A stretch of DNA of 64,000 nt from Octopus vulgaris (Eukaryota), in NCBI GenBank assembly GCA_951406725.2, contig OX597839.1, positions 37,262,001 through 37,326,000 of the forward strand. The letters run 5' to 3'. A model generated the notes under the pieces. That model was given only the letters and a program-made list of their open reading frames with translations, searched no databases and was not told the DNA's origin. This document shows, in pieces, positions 36,831 to 53,092 of the stretch. Both the position numbers and the translations under genes were made by a program. Within the stretch, counting starts at the first letter, position 1, and each line of letters begins with the position of its first letter.

Positions 36831-38175
36831 ATCTACCTACCAAATGGATGCTATTCCACCCAGAGTAACGATGTAATTAACAAGTGGAGTTAATGAAAGT
36901 CATTAAGTTTAGACTGTTTAATTAATATCTAGTAATAAACCCACTGATTAGTTTAATTAAAGTCAAACAAAGATGTATTTTACTCATTAATTATGACATT
37001 ATTCTAGAAAGTTTGACCAACTCAAGGTCTTGGAAACTTAGTGTTGTAATTGTTGTTGATATTGATGGTGTTGTTGTTGCTGGTGGTGTTGTTGTTTAGC
37101 CCCAGGTCAAACTGGATCCAGTAGGTCTATGATCAAATGCATTCCACCTATGACCATGCTGTCTTTTATTAAGCTAGAATGTATGTGCTTGTATGTGTGA
37201 TAGGTACAAACATGGCTGTGTGGTTAAGGTGTCCGCTTTCTAACCACATGGTTTGGGGTTCAGTCCTACTGTATGGCACCTTGTGCAAGAGTTGTCTATT
37301 GTAGCACTGGGTCGGCCAAACATTTATGAATGGATTTGGTTGACAGAAACTGAGATGAATGTGTCATATATATGTGTGTGTGTATATAAGTAGGTGGTCA
37401 ATGCCAGTGCCCCTTGACTGGCTCCTGTGTCAGTGGCACGTAAAAAGTACCGTCTGAACATGCTCGATGCCAGTTCCCTATGACTGGCTCCCATGCCGAT
37501 AGCACATAAAAAGCACCATCTGAATGTAGTCAATCCCAAGTCCACCTGACTGGCTCCCATGCTGGTGGCACATAAAAAGCTGCTGGTGGCACATAAAAAG
37601 CACTATCCGAATGTGATCGATGCCAGGGCCCCCTGGCTGGCTCCTGTGTCGGTGGCACATAAAAAGTACCCTACTACACTTTCAGAGTGGTTGGTGTTAG
37701 GAAGGGCGTCCAGCTGTAGACTGGAGCCTAGTGCAGCTGCTGGCTTTCCAGACCTCAGTCAAACTGTCCAACCCATGCCAGCATGGAAAACTGACATTAA
37801 ACGATGATGACAATGATGTGTGTACACTCAACTGTGATGTAATGGTTCTTATAGAAGCAGCAGCTGTAAGATATTAAAAGTGATTACATAATATCTGTTC
37901 CTTTATCATTCATTAATTAATGTAAAATATCATCATCATCATCATTGTTTAACGTCCGCTTTCCATGCTAGCATGGGTTGGACGGTTCAACTGGGGTCTG
38001 TGAAGCCGGAAGGCTTCATCAAGCCCAGTCAGATCTGGCAGTGTTTCTACGGCTGGATGCCCTTCCTAACGCCAACCACTCCGTGAGTGTAGTGGGTGCT
38101 TTTTACGTGCCACCCGCACAGGTGCCAGACAGAGCTGGCAACGGACACGAACGGATGGTGCTTTTTACGTGCCAC

Positions 38176-38587
38176 CAGGGTGATTCAAAAGTCGCCATAC
38201 ATAGGAAAAATTTATTTTTTTATAAGAAACAGTTAAATAAAACAAAAAACTGTTTCTTATAAAAAAAAAATTGTAGGAGGTGTGTGGCTTAGTGGTTAGG
38301 GTGTCAGCATCATGATCATAAGATTGTGGTTTCGATTCCTGGACCGGGCGACGCGTTGTGTTCTTGAGCAAAACACTTCATTTCATGTTGCCCCAATCCA
38401 CTCAGCTGGCAAAAATGAGTAACGCTGCAATGGACTGTCGTCCCGTCCAGCTGGGAGGGAATACATACGCCATAGAAACCGGGAAACTAGGCCCATGAGC
38501 CTGACTAGGGTTAAAAGGGCGCATTTATATTTTACTTTTTTTAAAAAATAAATTGTTCATATGTATGGCAACTTTTGAATCACCCTG
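38176..38587. mobile_element. Tc1/mariner MITE carrying a nested tRNA-derived (V-SINE-like) SINE at ~38276-38527
   Basis: TIRs CAGGGTGATTCAAAAGTcGCCATACATA / TATGTATGGCaACTTTTGAATCACCCTG|TA. Internal A/B-box head; a decayed copy of the SINE lies at ~58723-58950. Confidence 0.75.
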
Positions 38588-38845
38588 TATATATATATTT
38601 ATATTTCATTACTTCACAAAATTAACTGAAACAAACGCAGAGTTATGTCTACAAAAATATAGTCAGAAAAAAGTTCATTTTGTGTTAATTCATGTTCCAA
38701 ATGCCTGCTCAATAACAACAAAGTTAATGGAATAAATTCTTCATTATTTTACAATAACAATTGAGACAAAAGCAGTGCATGTCTGTAGAAAAATGGTCGG
38801 AAAAGAATTAAATAAAAGATGAGAGAAAAACTATGGGCTACTCAC

Positions 38846-38910
38846 ATTCGAGGGTCACAGGCATCAAAGCCAGCTCGATTAAGGTAATAGGCTGTGACGG
38901 AGTCTGGGAT
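38846..38910 (-). CDS. TAF10: TAF10 exon ([22 protein letters not shown])
   Basis: Very close to the TAF10 histone-fold motif [15 protein letters not shown]. 65 nt. Confidence 0.97.
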
Positions 38911-40156
38911 CTGTGGTGAAAAAGAAAGTCTAACAGGTTAGTTAATTTAATTAATTCAGGTAATATCACAACAATTACTCTTTTACTTGTTTCAGTCATT
39001 TGACTGTGGTCATACTGGGGCATTGCCTTTAGTCGAGCAAATCGACCCCAGGACTTATACTTTGTAAGCCTAGTACTTATTCTATCGGTCTCTTTTGCCG
39101 AACTGCTAAGTTACAGGGACGTAAACACACCAACATCAGTTGTCAAACAATGGTGGGGGAGAAAAACACACACACACATATATACACAACAGGTTTCTTT
39201 CAGTTTCCATCCACCAAATCCACTCACAAGGCTTTGGTCAGCCTGTGGCTATAGAAGACACTTGCCCAAGGTGCTACACAGTGGGACTGAACCCAGAACC
39301 ATATGGTTGGTAAGCAAGCTACTTACCACACAGCCACTCCCACTCCTGAAATTGTAGAATTTTTATCATTAACTTAGTTAATTAGGACATACAATACTAA
39401 ATAAGCAGGACCAACAATTTGCTGTCTGGGGTTGGCAGGACAGATAGTGTTGACCCAGACAGATAGTGTTGGCCACATTCAAGATAGGGGTAATCTCACC
39501 AAAGGTGGGGTATGGTAACATTTTGGGAGGGCACAGGTTACTTCAGAATGGGGTATGAAAAAAGTAACATGAATAAAACTTATAAAGTTTTAATTAGAAC
39601 CTGTTTTGAATATCATCATGATCACCATCCTTATTGCTTTTATTGTCCTCTCTCCATGTCTGCATGGGGCAGACAGGATTGGTTGAGGCATATTTTCTAC
39701 AGCCAGAGGCCCTTCCTGTTGCAAGCCCTCCCTTGTTTCCAAGCAAGGTGATATTTCCTCATGAGTAGACAGGTTTTCGTGGGAAATTGGAAATGAATGA
39801 CATTGTAAATGAGGGTGACAGTGACCCTCGCTTACAACTATCACACAAGATCATGGCAAAGGGGCACAAACACACACACAACAGGCTTCTTTCAGTTTCC
39901 ATCTACTAAGAAAGGTGAGGATGCCTACAGCAGAAGACACTTGCTCAATGTTCCAGAGTGGGACTGAACCCAAAACCATGTGGTTGGGAAACGAACTTCT
40001 TCACCACACAGCCATGTTTGTGCCTCCTTTGAACATATAGATGTTAATATCATCACCATCATCATCCTCACAGTTTAATGTCCACCTTCCATGCTGGCAT
40101 GGATAGGACAGTTTGACAGGAGCTAACCAGGCAGAAGACTGCACCAGACTTGTGTC

Positions 40157-40592
40157 TGTTTTGGCAGGGTTTTTACAGCTGGATGCCCTTCCTAACATCG
40201 ACCACCCCAAAGAGTGGACTGAGTGCTTTTTACGTGGCACAAACGTAGGACAGGTCAGTTTTGGCAGGGTTTTTACAGTTGGATGCCCTTCCTAACATCG
40301 ACCACCCCAAAGAGTGTACTGAGTGCTTTTTACGTGGCACCAACGCAGGACAGGTCAGTTTTGGCAGGGTTTTTACAGCTGGATGCCCTTCCTAACATCG
40401 ACCACCCCAAAGAGTGGACTGAGTGCTTTTTACGTGGCACAAACGCAGGACAGGTCAGTTTTGGCAGGGTTTTTACAGCTGGATGCCCTTCCTAACATCG
40501 ACCACCCCAAAGAGTGGACTGAGTGCTTTTTACGTGGCACCAACGCAGGACAGGTCAGTTTTGGCAAGGTTTTTACAGCTGGATGCCCTTCC
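40157..40592 (-). repeat. 100-bp tandem repeat, ~4.3 copies, derived from the retroelement 3'-tail core
   Basis: GTTTTGGCAGGGTTTTTACAGCTGGATGCCCTTCCTAAC recurs every 100 nt. Confidence 0.95.
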
Positions 40593-41042
40593 AAATGTCA
40601 ACCACTTTACAATGTGGACTGGATGCTTTTTACATGGCACCAGCATTAGTAGGGTCACCAAGTCACTTGCAAGACAAGGAACAGAAACTGAACCCAGAAT
40701 CATAAGCTAGGAACACATCTAAGAGTCTGCTAGGGGGAGACACTGAGCAAATGAAGGTGGTTTTTACATCTTTTGCCATAAGTAAGAATTTCTTCTCAAT
40801 GGTGACTGCAATGAAGTTGCCCTTAGAAGTTAAAATATGTCCAAACACATTTCAACAAACCTAAAGTTCATGTACATTATATATCAAACCCCATCTACTC
40901 ACCACCCCCCACCCTGGATGTAAAATGATAACGAGGATGAAATAGTAAACAAATATTTCTGTTGTCAAAATGTTTTTACATATTGTCACATCATGATAAA
41001 GGTCTTTTGTGACACACACAGACACATGCCACCCACCCCAAC

Positions 41043-41089
41043 AATACATACATACATACATATATATATATATACACATATATATACAT

Positions 41090-41120
<31 letters not shown>

Positions 41121-41193
41121 CACACACACACACTTATATATATATATACACACACACATATATACATATATACACATATATATATACACACAC

Positions 41194-41284
<91 letters not shown>

Positions 41285-41399
41285 CACACACACATATATA
41301 TATACACACACACATACATATATATATACACACACACACACACACATATATATATACACACACACACAATATATATATATACATATATATACATATACA

Positions 41400-41432
<33 letters not shown>
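41043..41432. repeat. (CA)/(TA) microsatellite
   Basis: Seen directly; another at 42060-42262. Confidence 0.95.
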
Positions 41433-41433
<1 letters not shown>

Positions 41434-41543
41434 TAAGATAGGTAGGCTAACAGGTTGATAGCAAGATAGATAGAGAGATAAGATAGAGAGAGAGGAAGAG
41501 AGAGAAAGAAAGGGTGAGAGGATAAACGAAAGTTTGTACTGAC

Positions 41544-41690
41544 TGTTGTTGTGTAGTCTTCTAACTGAAGAATGAAATCACTGAGAGGAACACCAGCAGT
41601 CTTTACTTCATGAGGTCCAGTCATTACCTGGCCAGCTGTAGCACCACCGCCACCACCAGCTGTCGCGGCCATAGCTCCGCTGTCTTCCAT
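41544..41690 (-). CDS. TAF10: TAF10 first coding exon (MEDSGAMAATAGGGGG...PLSDFILQLEDYTTT)
   Basis: PL-DF--QLEDYT-T motif of TAF10. Acceptor at 41694-41693 lies just upstream of the ATG; GTCAGT donor. An in-frame ATG at 41672 is an alternative start. Confidence 0.9.
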
Positions 41691-41801
41691 CACTGATACA
41701 AGAAAAGACAGGAAAACATTAATAAACAGCAGATGGACGAAAAACAAAAAAAAACAAAAAAAAAAAAAGAACAGATCCAAGCATTCGTATTCAAGTCTTA
41801 C

Positions 41802-41910
41802 CAGTTAATCCATAAAACCAGGTTTTCAGTTTACAGATTCTATCTCAGAATATTTTAGAGAGAGGGAAGACTCTATTTTTGTTAAGGAGGTGAGGTTCAG
41901 TGCTTTCCAC
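41802..41910 (-). other. TAF10: Probable TAF10 non-coding 5' UTR exon
   Basis: CTG|GTAAGA donor opens a 109-nt intron with a strong pyrimidine tract ending at the coding-exon acceptor. All three frames contain stops. The upstream boundary (CAG at 41913-41911) is uncertain. Confidence 0.5.
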
Positions 41911-42220
41911 CTGTTATTGCAGAGACCCTTAGAAGGGTGGTGCTAGGGGGAAGAAACTCCCAACACAAGGGTTACTGTTGTAGGAAAAGAGACTGTGACA
42001 AGATAATGCATTATCTAACCAGAGACCAAAGATGTATGCATATTTATGGGGTACTTGTGCATACATATGCATATACATACATATACATATATATGCACAG
42101 ACATACATATACATATATATACATATATATGCACATACATACATATACATATATATGCACATACATACATATACATATATATGCACATACATACATATAC
42201 ATATATATACACATACATAC

Positions 42221-42263
<43 letters not shown>

Positions 42264-42273
42264 AATATACATA

Positions 42274-42506
42274 CAGAGGTTGGACAAAATAACGGAAACA
42301 CCTAGCATGTTTATTTTTATGCGTTTTGATTTATTATTAGTGTTGCTTAATGTTTTGCTAAAATTGCTGCTTTTTCTTTTTCTTTAGATATCAGCAGAAA
42401 AATGTAATTAAACTTAATTAAAATGACAGATCTATCAGACAGTCAAAGAGGTCAAATTATTGGTGCTCATATGGCAGGTGCTAGCATAACGAAAACAGCC
42501 GAAATG
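42274..42506 (+). mobile_element. Tc1-like transposon 5' fragment
   Basis: TA|CAGAGGTTGGACAAAAT terminus and MTDLSDSQRGQIIGAHMAGASITKTAEM, resembling a Tc1 transposase N-terminal HTH. Confidence 0.75.
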
Positions 42507-43352
42507 ATTTTCATCTCTGACTCCAATTTCACAGCATCAACTATGCCATCACAATGTGCTCCCAATTTTGTTTCGATTGCACCATCCTTCTCCACCTTGA
42601 CCCAAACTGCTTGATCACATTGTCTTCTCATCACCATGGAGATCTTCCAAGTGGCCTTTTCTGATCTCTTGGGTACCACTTGGCAACTGCATGGGTCCAC
42701 CTGTTGTCTGTAACAGGTGTTCCTCTGTCCGGTCCAGAGGAACTTGTACTTTTGGTACTCTGTGATCACATCATTCACGCCAATCTATTCTAGAATTATC
42801 TTTCAAATATGCTCTCTTAATATTCCTAGCACAGATTTTTCCCTGGCCTTTCATGTCATAGCCAGTTGGTGCTCCTTTTTGTAGTAGCCCATGTCTTATT
42901 TGGATATACATTGTGTTTTTAAACACAGCACTTAAAAAAAAAAGAGATATTATCTCCAGACACGTACTGCATTAAATTTGCTTTTCAATGACATATTTGC
43001 ATCAAGTGTGTTAGATTGAAGTCACCTTCCCAGCTGGGTTGGTGTGTTTCCTGTAGAAATACTAGAGCAATCCAAACAAGGAAGATTTGGACTAGAATCC
43101 AAACAACTGGAAAAAGCCGCCAAGGAAATAGGAACAGCAGTGAAAATAGTTCTAACTGGCCATGGCTGGCAAAAGATTGCAGGTGAAACCCTTCAGTTGG
43201 TGAAGCCTACAGGCTTAGGGGACAAAGTACTTGTGGCCCTGAGATACCTGCTGATGATGCAGAATTGCAATCAATTCAGAAGAGCTTGCAATACCTCTGA
43301 GTACCACCAAGAATTTCTATGCAGGGGTGTGGAACAGCTCCGATGTTTATTT

Positions 43353-43383
<31 letters not shown>

Positions 43384-43963
43384 ATATATATACATACATG
43401 AATGTATGTATGCCATACACACAAGCATGCATACATCCTCCCACCAATATAAACGAAAAAAAAGAAATTTTAATATAAAGAAAAAGTAACTAAGTTCAGC
43501 TATCAGATTTCCTGCCTTCAATTCTATTTTTGATCTCTACAGTAGATGCCAGCACCCACCACCACCACCTCCGCCGCCGTCACTCCCACCATCACAGCAT
43601 CTAGACTTCCTGCTAAGAAGAAGAAGAAGAAGCAGAGGGGGAGGAAGTAACTATAGCTACGACACTAATTCTACACTACCACTACGAAATTGTAAGTAAT
43701 TAGACCATGATGTAAGAGAGTGTGTTGTTTGTTAAAGTTTTTCAAAGCCATCGTAGGACAGAGATGGTGTTGTACAAGAGTAAGCACCAAAACTTCAAGC
43801 AAGAACACAGAGGCTGCACTGAGATATTGCAGAACTTGAACAGAACAATGACAGACAGACAGACAGACTATTCTGGATAACTTCTGAATACAGTCCTACC
43901 CAACCTGGCCCCCACGAAATTGTCAAAAACTGACACAGATTGTTCCTATTCTATGGACATTAT

Positions 43964-43994
<31 letters not shown>

Positions 43995-44152
43995 GTCTAT
44001 ATCGAATGAAAAAACGGTATGGACAATTTGTTTTGGAGTCTAACAATACCACGTACGCCTATGAAGATTTACAAACATACTTTCCCAATGAAACTCGGTT
44101 TTTTCTCAAACCTTTTATAATGTGATACAAGTCTTTGGTGTAGCAATTGTAC

Positions 44153-44245
44153 GTGGCTGAAGAAGGCTTTTGATCTATCTATTATATCAATTATGCATTG
44201 ATGTAAGAATAAGTTCTTCTATAAAGCCCGAAACATATGTACCGC
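44153..44245 (+). ncRNA. Type I hammerhead ribozyme motif with long branched stem II
   Basis: GTGG-CTGAAGA-aGGCTTT...AAAGCCc-GAAAC(atat)GT-A-CCGC. Confidence 0.65.
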
Positions 44246-44283
44246 AAAAACCTTTGCGTCCTGTTTTTCATTCATTTCATTTG

Positions 44284-47543
<3,260 letters not shown>

Positions 47544-48855
47544 TCATCATCATCATCGTCTGCCTTCCATATCATTATTATTGTCATCATCATCATTTAA
47601 CATCCATTGTCCATGTTGGCATGGGTTGGACAGTCTGACCAGAGCTGGTAAGATGAGGAGCTGCACCAAACTCCAGTCTGATGCCCTTCCTAATGCCAAC
47701 CATTTTACTGAGTGTGTTGGATGCTTTCACATGGCCCTATATACATATATATTATTAGGTGCAGGAACAGCTATGTGGTTAATAAAATTGCTTCTCAACC
47801 ACTGGATTTAATCCCATTGTGTGGCACCAGGGCAAATGTCATCTGCTATATAACCAGAGCTGACCAAAGCCTTGTGAGTGCATTTGGTCAACAAACTGAA
47901 AAAAGCCCATCGTATGTATGTATGTACATGTTTGTGTATGCATGTGTATGTGTTATGTGTAAAGTAAACTGGCCTTTTTGATGACATTACATGTCTGCTG
48001 TCTTCTCCCTCCATCAACACACTGTCCCCATGACCTGGACCCTCAATATCTAAACACACGGACCCATGAAACTATCTTTTGTCTCTCTCTCTCTCTCTCT
48101 CTCTCTCAAACAATTTTTATCCCATCTATAACAATAACTGACCCATCAAATAGTTTGATCCAATTATAGGATTTGTTGGCTTATCTTTTCCACCACCACT
48201 ACCACAACCACCACTATTATTGCCACCACCTCCACCACCATAATTAATATTACTACCTCCTCTTCTTCCACCAGCACCACAACTAATATTACTCCCACCA
48301 CCACTACCACAACCACTATTACTACCACTAACACCACCACCACCATCACAGCAGTTTTTCTATTGTTAGGTCCAGTATTACCCAACGGGAGTGGCCACTG
48401 TTTTTGCTTCATCAATGTCCTGGATCAGGCCTGACCTGGGGTTAAACAAGTACAAAAACGAAAAACAGAAAAAATACAGCTGAAGTGGTTTTGTTAACAT
48501 CCTGAATATTGCGACAACAATAAAACTGATTGTTGAGAAAACCAGGACATCTCCAAGTGCTAGAAACAGCAAGCAAATAAATCTTCCACAAATCACACCA
48601 CATTGGAGGGACAAGCTGAAGCCCCTTTGTCCATAGACGTGCACAATTACAGATGACTGGGGTCAGTGGAATGGTAGATTTTTGTCATTCGATGATGAGG
48701 ATTCAGTTGTTTGCTCTCAACTGAATTATCTACCCTTGAATTAATGTATATGTGGCTGAGTAATCCACAGACGTTTACCTTTAAATCCTTAAAAATGTTT
48801 TAGCCCGAAGGCCGCGGCCATGCTGGGGCACCACCACTGAAAAAATTTGCTGTGC

Positions 48856-48928
48856 AGCCCCCAGTGAGAATCGAACTCACGAGCCCTGGTTTACAAGACC
48901 AGTGCTCTAACCTCTGAGCTATGGAGGC
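48856..48928 (-). tRNA. tRNA-Thr(TGT)
   Basis: GCCTCCATAGCTCAGAGGTTAGAGCACTGGTCTTGTAAACCAGGGCTCGTGAGTTCGATTCTCACTGGGGGCT folds into a full cloverleaf with anticodon TGT and A/B boxes. A T6 Pol III terminator follows about 10 nt downstream. Confidence 0.95.
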
Positions 48929-49477
48929 ACACTCAAGGCTCTTTAGTGTAAGTAAATTCTCAAGGCATGACAGTGTGTGTGTGTGCATTTACATTTATAC
49001 TTATGTTTGTCCCCCATAATCCCCATGACTTTGCGGGTCAGCAAAGGTAAGACGGACAAAATAAGTACCAGATTGGTATCGATCTGCTCAACTAAAAAAC
49101 CATTCAAGTCAAAGAAAAGAATAAAAGGCATAACATATCTAGAGCTACATTGTCCCCAATGTTCTTCCATTGCTTTCAGATTGTTTTTTTATGATTCAAA
49201 AGGAAATTTGACTGAAATTTCTCGCAGCAGATCTCCTACAGAAGCTCCTTCTTTCATTTTCCCTTTCTCTTTTGTTTGCTTGAAAATATGAAAATAAAAA
49301 GTTTGTTGACTGCAACAACTAACTACAAATGGTTGAACGCAACAAAACATATGCTCACAAAACAGCTACCGACCGACCACGCTCAATAGAGAGAGAAAAA
49401 AGTAATAAAATGGAGTGGTGGGCGGCAGGAATCGTGAGAGAGAGACAAGGTAAAATTCACACGCGCACACATACACA

Positions 49478-49590
49478 GATAGATAGATAGATAGATAGGT
49501 AGATAGGCAGATAGATAACTAGATAGATAGTTAGGTAGGTAGGTAGGTAGGTAGGTAGGTAGGTAGGTAGGTAGATAGATAGATAGATAC

Positions 49591-49622
<32 letters not shown>

Positions 49623-49650
49623 TTAGGTAGATAGATAGATAGATAGATAC

Positions 49651-49689
<39 letters not shown>

Positions 49690-49742
49690 CATAGATAGAT
49701 AGATAGATAGGCAGATAGATAGATAGATAGATAGATAGATAC
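49478..49742. repeat. (GATA)n/(GGTA)n tetranucleotide repeat
   Basis: Seen directly. Confidence 0.95.
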
Positions 49743-49923
49743 ATGAGTACACACATACTCATTTACAAACACCCACACAAGCGTGGCTGAAGAATGAAAG
49801 GTTAAGCACGCCCTGTTCCATATATATATATATATATATAAAATATACATGTTTGTGAGAGTGTGTATATACACAATGACGTAAAATGATGATGATATAT
49901 GCACACAAACACACACCCACACA

Positions 49924-49968
<45 letters not shown>

Positions 49969-50262
49969 TATGCCTTGTCATGATGGATAGGCTTAAAGAC
50001 GTTTTTTTTTTTTCCTTCTGCAGATATTTCTGGTGAAAGGCAATTATATATTCATGTTCTTTGGTAGACTTAGGGTTTGTGTAATAAATAATTGGGAAGT
50101 TTAGTGGCAGGCGTGGTGAGGGGGGGGGGGGGGGCGATGGCGGTGATAGGTATGGAGAATGTTGCAGGTGGGGGGTGGCGAGATATATGTTAGAAACGCG
50201 ACACCACCCCTAGTTAAAAGCGCGGCAGAAATAAACTGTAAGATTAAACAGAGGTGGCTTAC

Positions 50263-50390
50263 TCATCTTTTAGACTTTTTGGTTTCTCAGTACAAGGCAC
50301 CGAAAATGTCAAACGATAAAGAGAGAGAAAAAAGTCTATGACTGGGCGAGAAAGAAGCAGCAATGGCAAGGATGGCAGCAGGTGACGTAC
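50263..50390 (-). promoter_or_regulatory. Candidate promoter / first non-coding exon on the minus strand (possibly TAF10)
   Basis: Unique CpG-containing patch with TGACGT and GCCAT-type motifs and a GA|GTAAGC donor at 50262. Assignment to TAF10 is inference. Confidence 0.3.
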
Positions 50391-50547
50391 AGACAGCTAC
50401 ACACACACATATATATTTATATATATAAATTATAATTTAGGGTATCTAAGAGATACTACCACGCTGGAAATAGCAGCCAAAACTTGATTCTAAAACCACA
50501 TTAAATGCTCCCATGCTGATCGATATTTAAATAACAATCTTATCCTA

Positions 50548-50585
<38 letters not shown>

Positions 50586-50796
50586 CTCTTTTACTTGTTT
50601 CAGTCATTTGACTGTGGCCATGCTGGAGCACCGCCTTTAATCGAGCAACTCGACCCAGGGGCTTATTCTTTTGTAAGCCCAGTACTTATTCTATCGGTCT
50701 CTTTTGCCGTACCGCTAAGTAACGGGGACATAAACACACCAGCACCGGTTGTCAAGCAATGCTAGGAGGACAAACACAGACACACAAACACACACA

Positions 50797-50838
<42 letters not shown>

Positions 50839-51003
50839 TACGACGGGCTTCTTTTCAGTTTCCGTCTACCAAATCCACTCACAAGGCTTTGGTCGGCCTG
50901 AGGCTATAGTAGAAGACACTTGCCCAAGGTGCCACGCAGTGGGACTGAACCCAGAACCATGTGGTTGGTAAACAAGCTACTTACCACACAGCCACTCCTG
51001 CAC

Positions 51004-51036
<33 letters not shown>

Positions 51037-51671
51037 CATACACACACACACATAAATACATACATATATAGACATGTATATATACAAACAAGGCATACAT
51101 AAAATATATATTTTGCTTAAAACAAGGTTGAAAGTGGTTCTTCTGAAATGAAGGATACTTATTGAAAAACACACACAAAAGCGTGCACCTGCTCACACAC
51201 ACACACACACACACACACATACATACATACATACAAGCATTTATGCACACACATTCTCTTTCGCTCTGTCTCTATGACGCATCGACACTCAATGAGGAAG
51301 AAACTTTCACATGGTTGCTTGACCAGCTAGAAATAACAGCTCAAGTCATATTGCTATCTTAAAAAGGATACATGTTATAATGTAATCCTTGAAACACACA
51401 CACACACACACAGCTGACCTGGGGGACAGGGAACTAAACTACAACATCCAATCACACCTAATACATTTGTTTTACCGAATCAATACTTGACTATTACCGT
51501 CACACCATCACCACCACCACCACTTCTACGAACCAATAAGAGAGCCTCTATGTGGCTGCATAACCTGCAAGAAGTGGTAGGCAAATCTCTTTCAAATCAT
51601 GCTCAAGCAGGGTTGCCATAACTGGAATGCATTTGATCATAAACCAGCTGCAGGTTCGAAATTTCCCTCAA

Positions 51672-51717
51672 GACACCTGATGAAAGCTGGAGGGTATATC
51701 AGCCGAAACATTGTGTT
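51672..51717 (+). ncRNA. Decayed minimal hammerhead ribozyme motif
   Basis: GACAC-CTGATGA-A-aGCTGG(agggtata)TCAGCc-GAAACaTT-GTGTT; two substitutions away from an ideal fold. Confidence 0.55.
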
Positions 51718-52010
51718 AACAACAAACAAGATGAGGACAAATATCCGTCAATTGCAAATAATGTATATAATATTTTACTCTTTTACTAGTTCCAGGCATT
51801 TGACTGTAGCCATGCTGGAGCACCACCTTAAAGGGTCTTAGTTGAAGAAATCAACCCCAGGACTTATCCTTTGTAAGCCAAGTACTTATTCTATTGGTCT
51901 CTTTTGCTGAACCGCTAAGTTACAGGAACATAAACACACCAGCATCAGTTTTTAAGTGATGGTGGTGGGGGCACAAACAGACACATACATAAATACATAT
52001 ATGCATATAC

Positions 52011-52056
<46 letters not shown>

Positions 52057-52366
52057 GTTGTCTACTCTTTATACAGAGTCTGACCACCTCCTGTACCTAC
52101 AGCTTAGCACCATCATGGCATCTGATGTGGTTTTTTAAACCAGACAATGTTCTGAAAAGACACCCACGTAGATTGCACCTCTACACATACACAACAGGCT
52201 TCTTTCAGTTTTCACCTACCAAATCCACTGGTTGGCCCAAGGCTATAGTAGAAGACACTTGACCAAGGTGCTACACAGTAGGAATGAACCTTGAACCATG
52301 TGGTTGAGAAGCAAGCTTCTTACCAAACAGCCACGCCTATGCCTATATATATATAAATATATATAT

Positions 52367-52769
52367 AGGTGCAGGAGTGGCTGTGTGGTAAGTAGCTTGT
52401 TTACCAACCACATGGTTCGGGGTTCAGTCCCACTGCGTGGCACCTTGGGTAAGTGTCTTCTACTATAGCCTTGGGCCGACCCAAGCCTTGTGAGTGGATT
52501 TGGTAGATGGAAACTGAAAGAAACCCGTCGTATATATGTATATATATGTGTGTATGTGTTTGTGTGTCTGCGTTTGTCCCCTTGGCATTGTTTGACAACC
52601 GATGCTGGTGTGTTTATGTCCCCGTCACTTAGCGGTTCAGCAAAAGAGACCAATAGAATAAGTACTGGGCTTACAAAAGAATAAGTCCCGGGGTCGAGTT
52701 GCTCAATTAAAGGCGGTGCTCTAGCATGGCCGCAGTCAAATGACTGAAACAAGAAAAAGAGTAAAGAGT
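52367..52769 (+). mobile_element. tRNA-derived SINE with a central TA/TG microsatellite (representative copy)
   Basis: TGGCTGTGTGG A box, GGTTCAGTCCC B box, (GTAAAAGA)n tail. Other copies at ~24209-24611, 27131-27367, 29768-30220, 38977-39347, 50584-51005, 57131-57511 and many fragments. Confidence 0.85.
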
Positions 52770-53014
52770 ATATATATATATATATATATAAGGCGAGCTG
52801 GCAGAAACGTTAGCATGCCAGGTGAAATGCGTAGCGGTATTTTGTCTGTCGTTACGTTGTGAGTTCAAATTCCGCCGAGGTCATCTTTGCCTTTCATCCT
52901 TTCGGGGTCGATAAATAAAGTACCAGTTGCGCACTGGGGTCGAAGTAATTGACTTAATCCCTTTGTCTGTCCTTGTTTGTCCCCTCTGTGTGTAGCCCCT
53001 TGTGGGCAATAAAG

Positions 53015-53092
<78 letters not shown>

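Noticed and set aside
43251-43275. CTGATGA followed by a small hairpin
   Set aside because: No GAAA after the stem, so not a hammerhead; the same applies to CTGAnGA hits at ~105, 4414 and 17415.
48378-48644. Hydrophobic 88-aa ORF or micro-exon candidate
   Set aside because: No recognisable homology, and the candidate acceptor lies in a short repeat also found at 15660-15990 and 37090-37170.
48690-48760. C/D-box snoRNA-like pattern (ATGATGA...CTGA...CTGA) with a 9-bp hairpin
   Set aside because: No terminal stem, no rRNA-complementary guide that I can identify, and no evident plus-strand host gene; more likely a repeat fragment.
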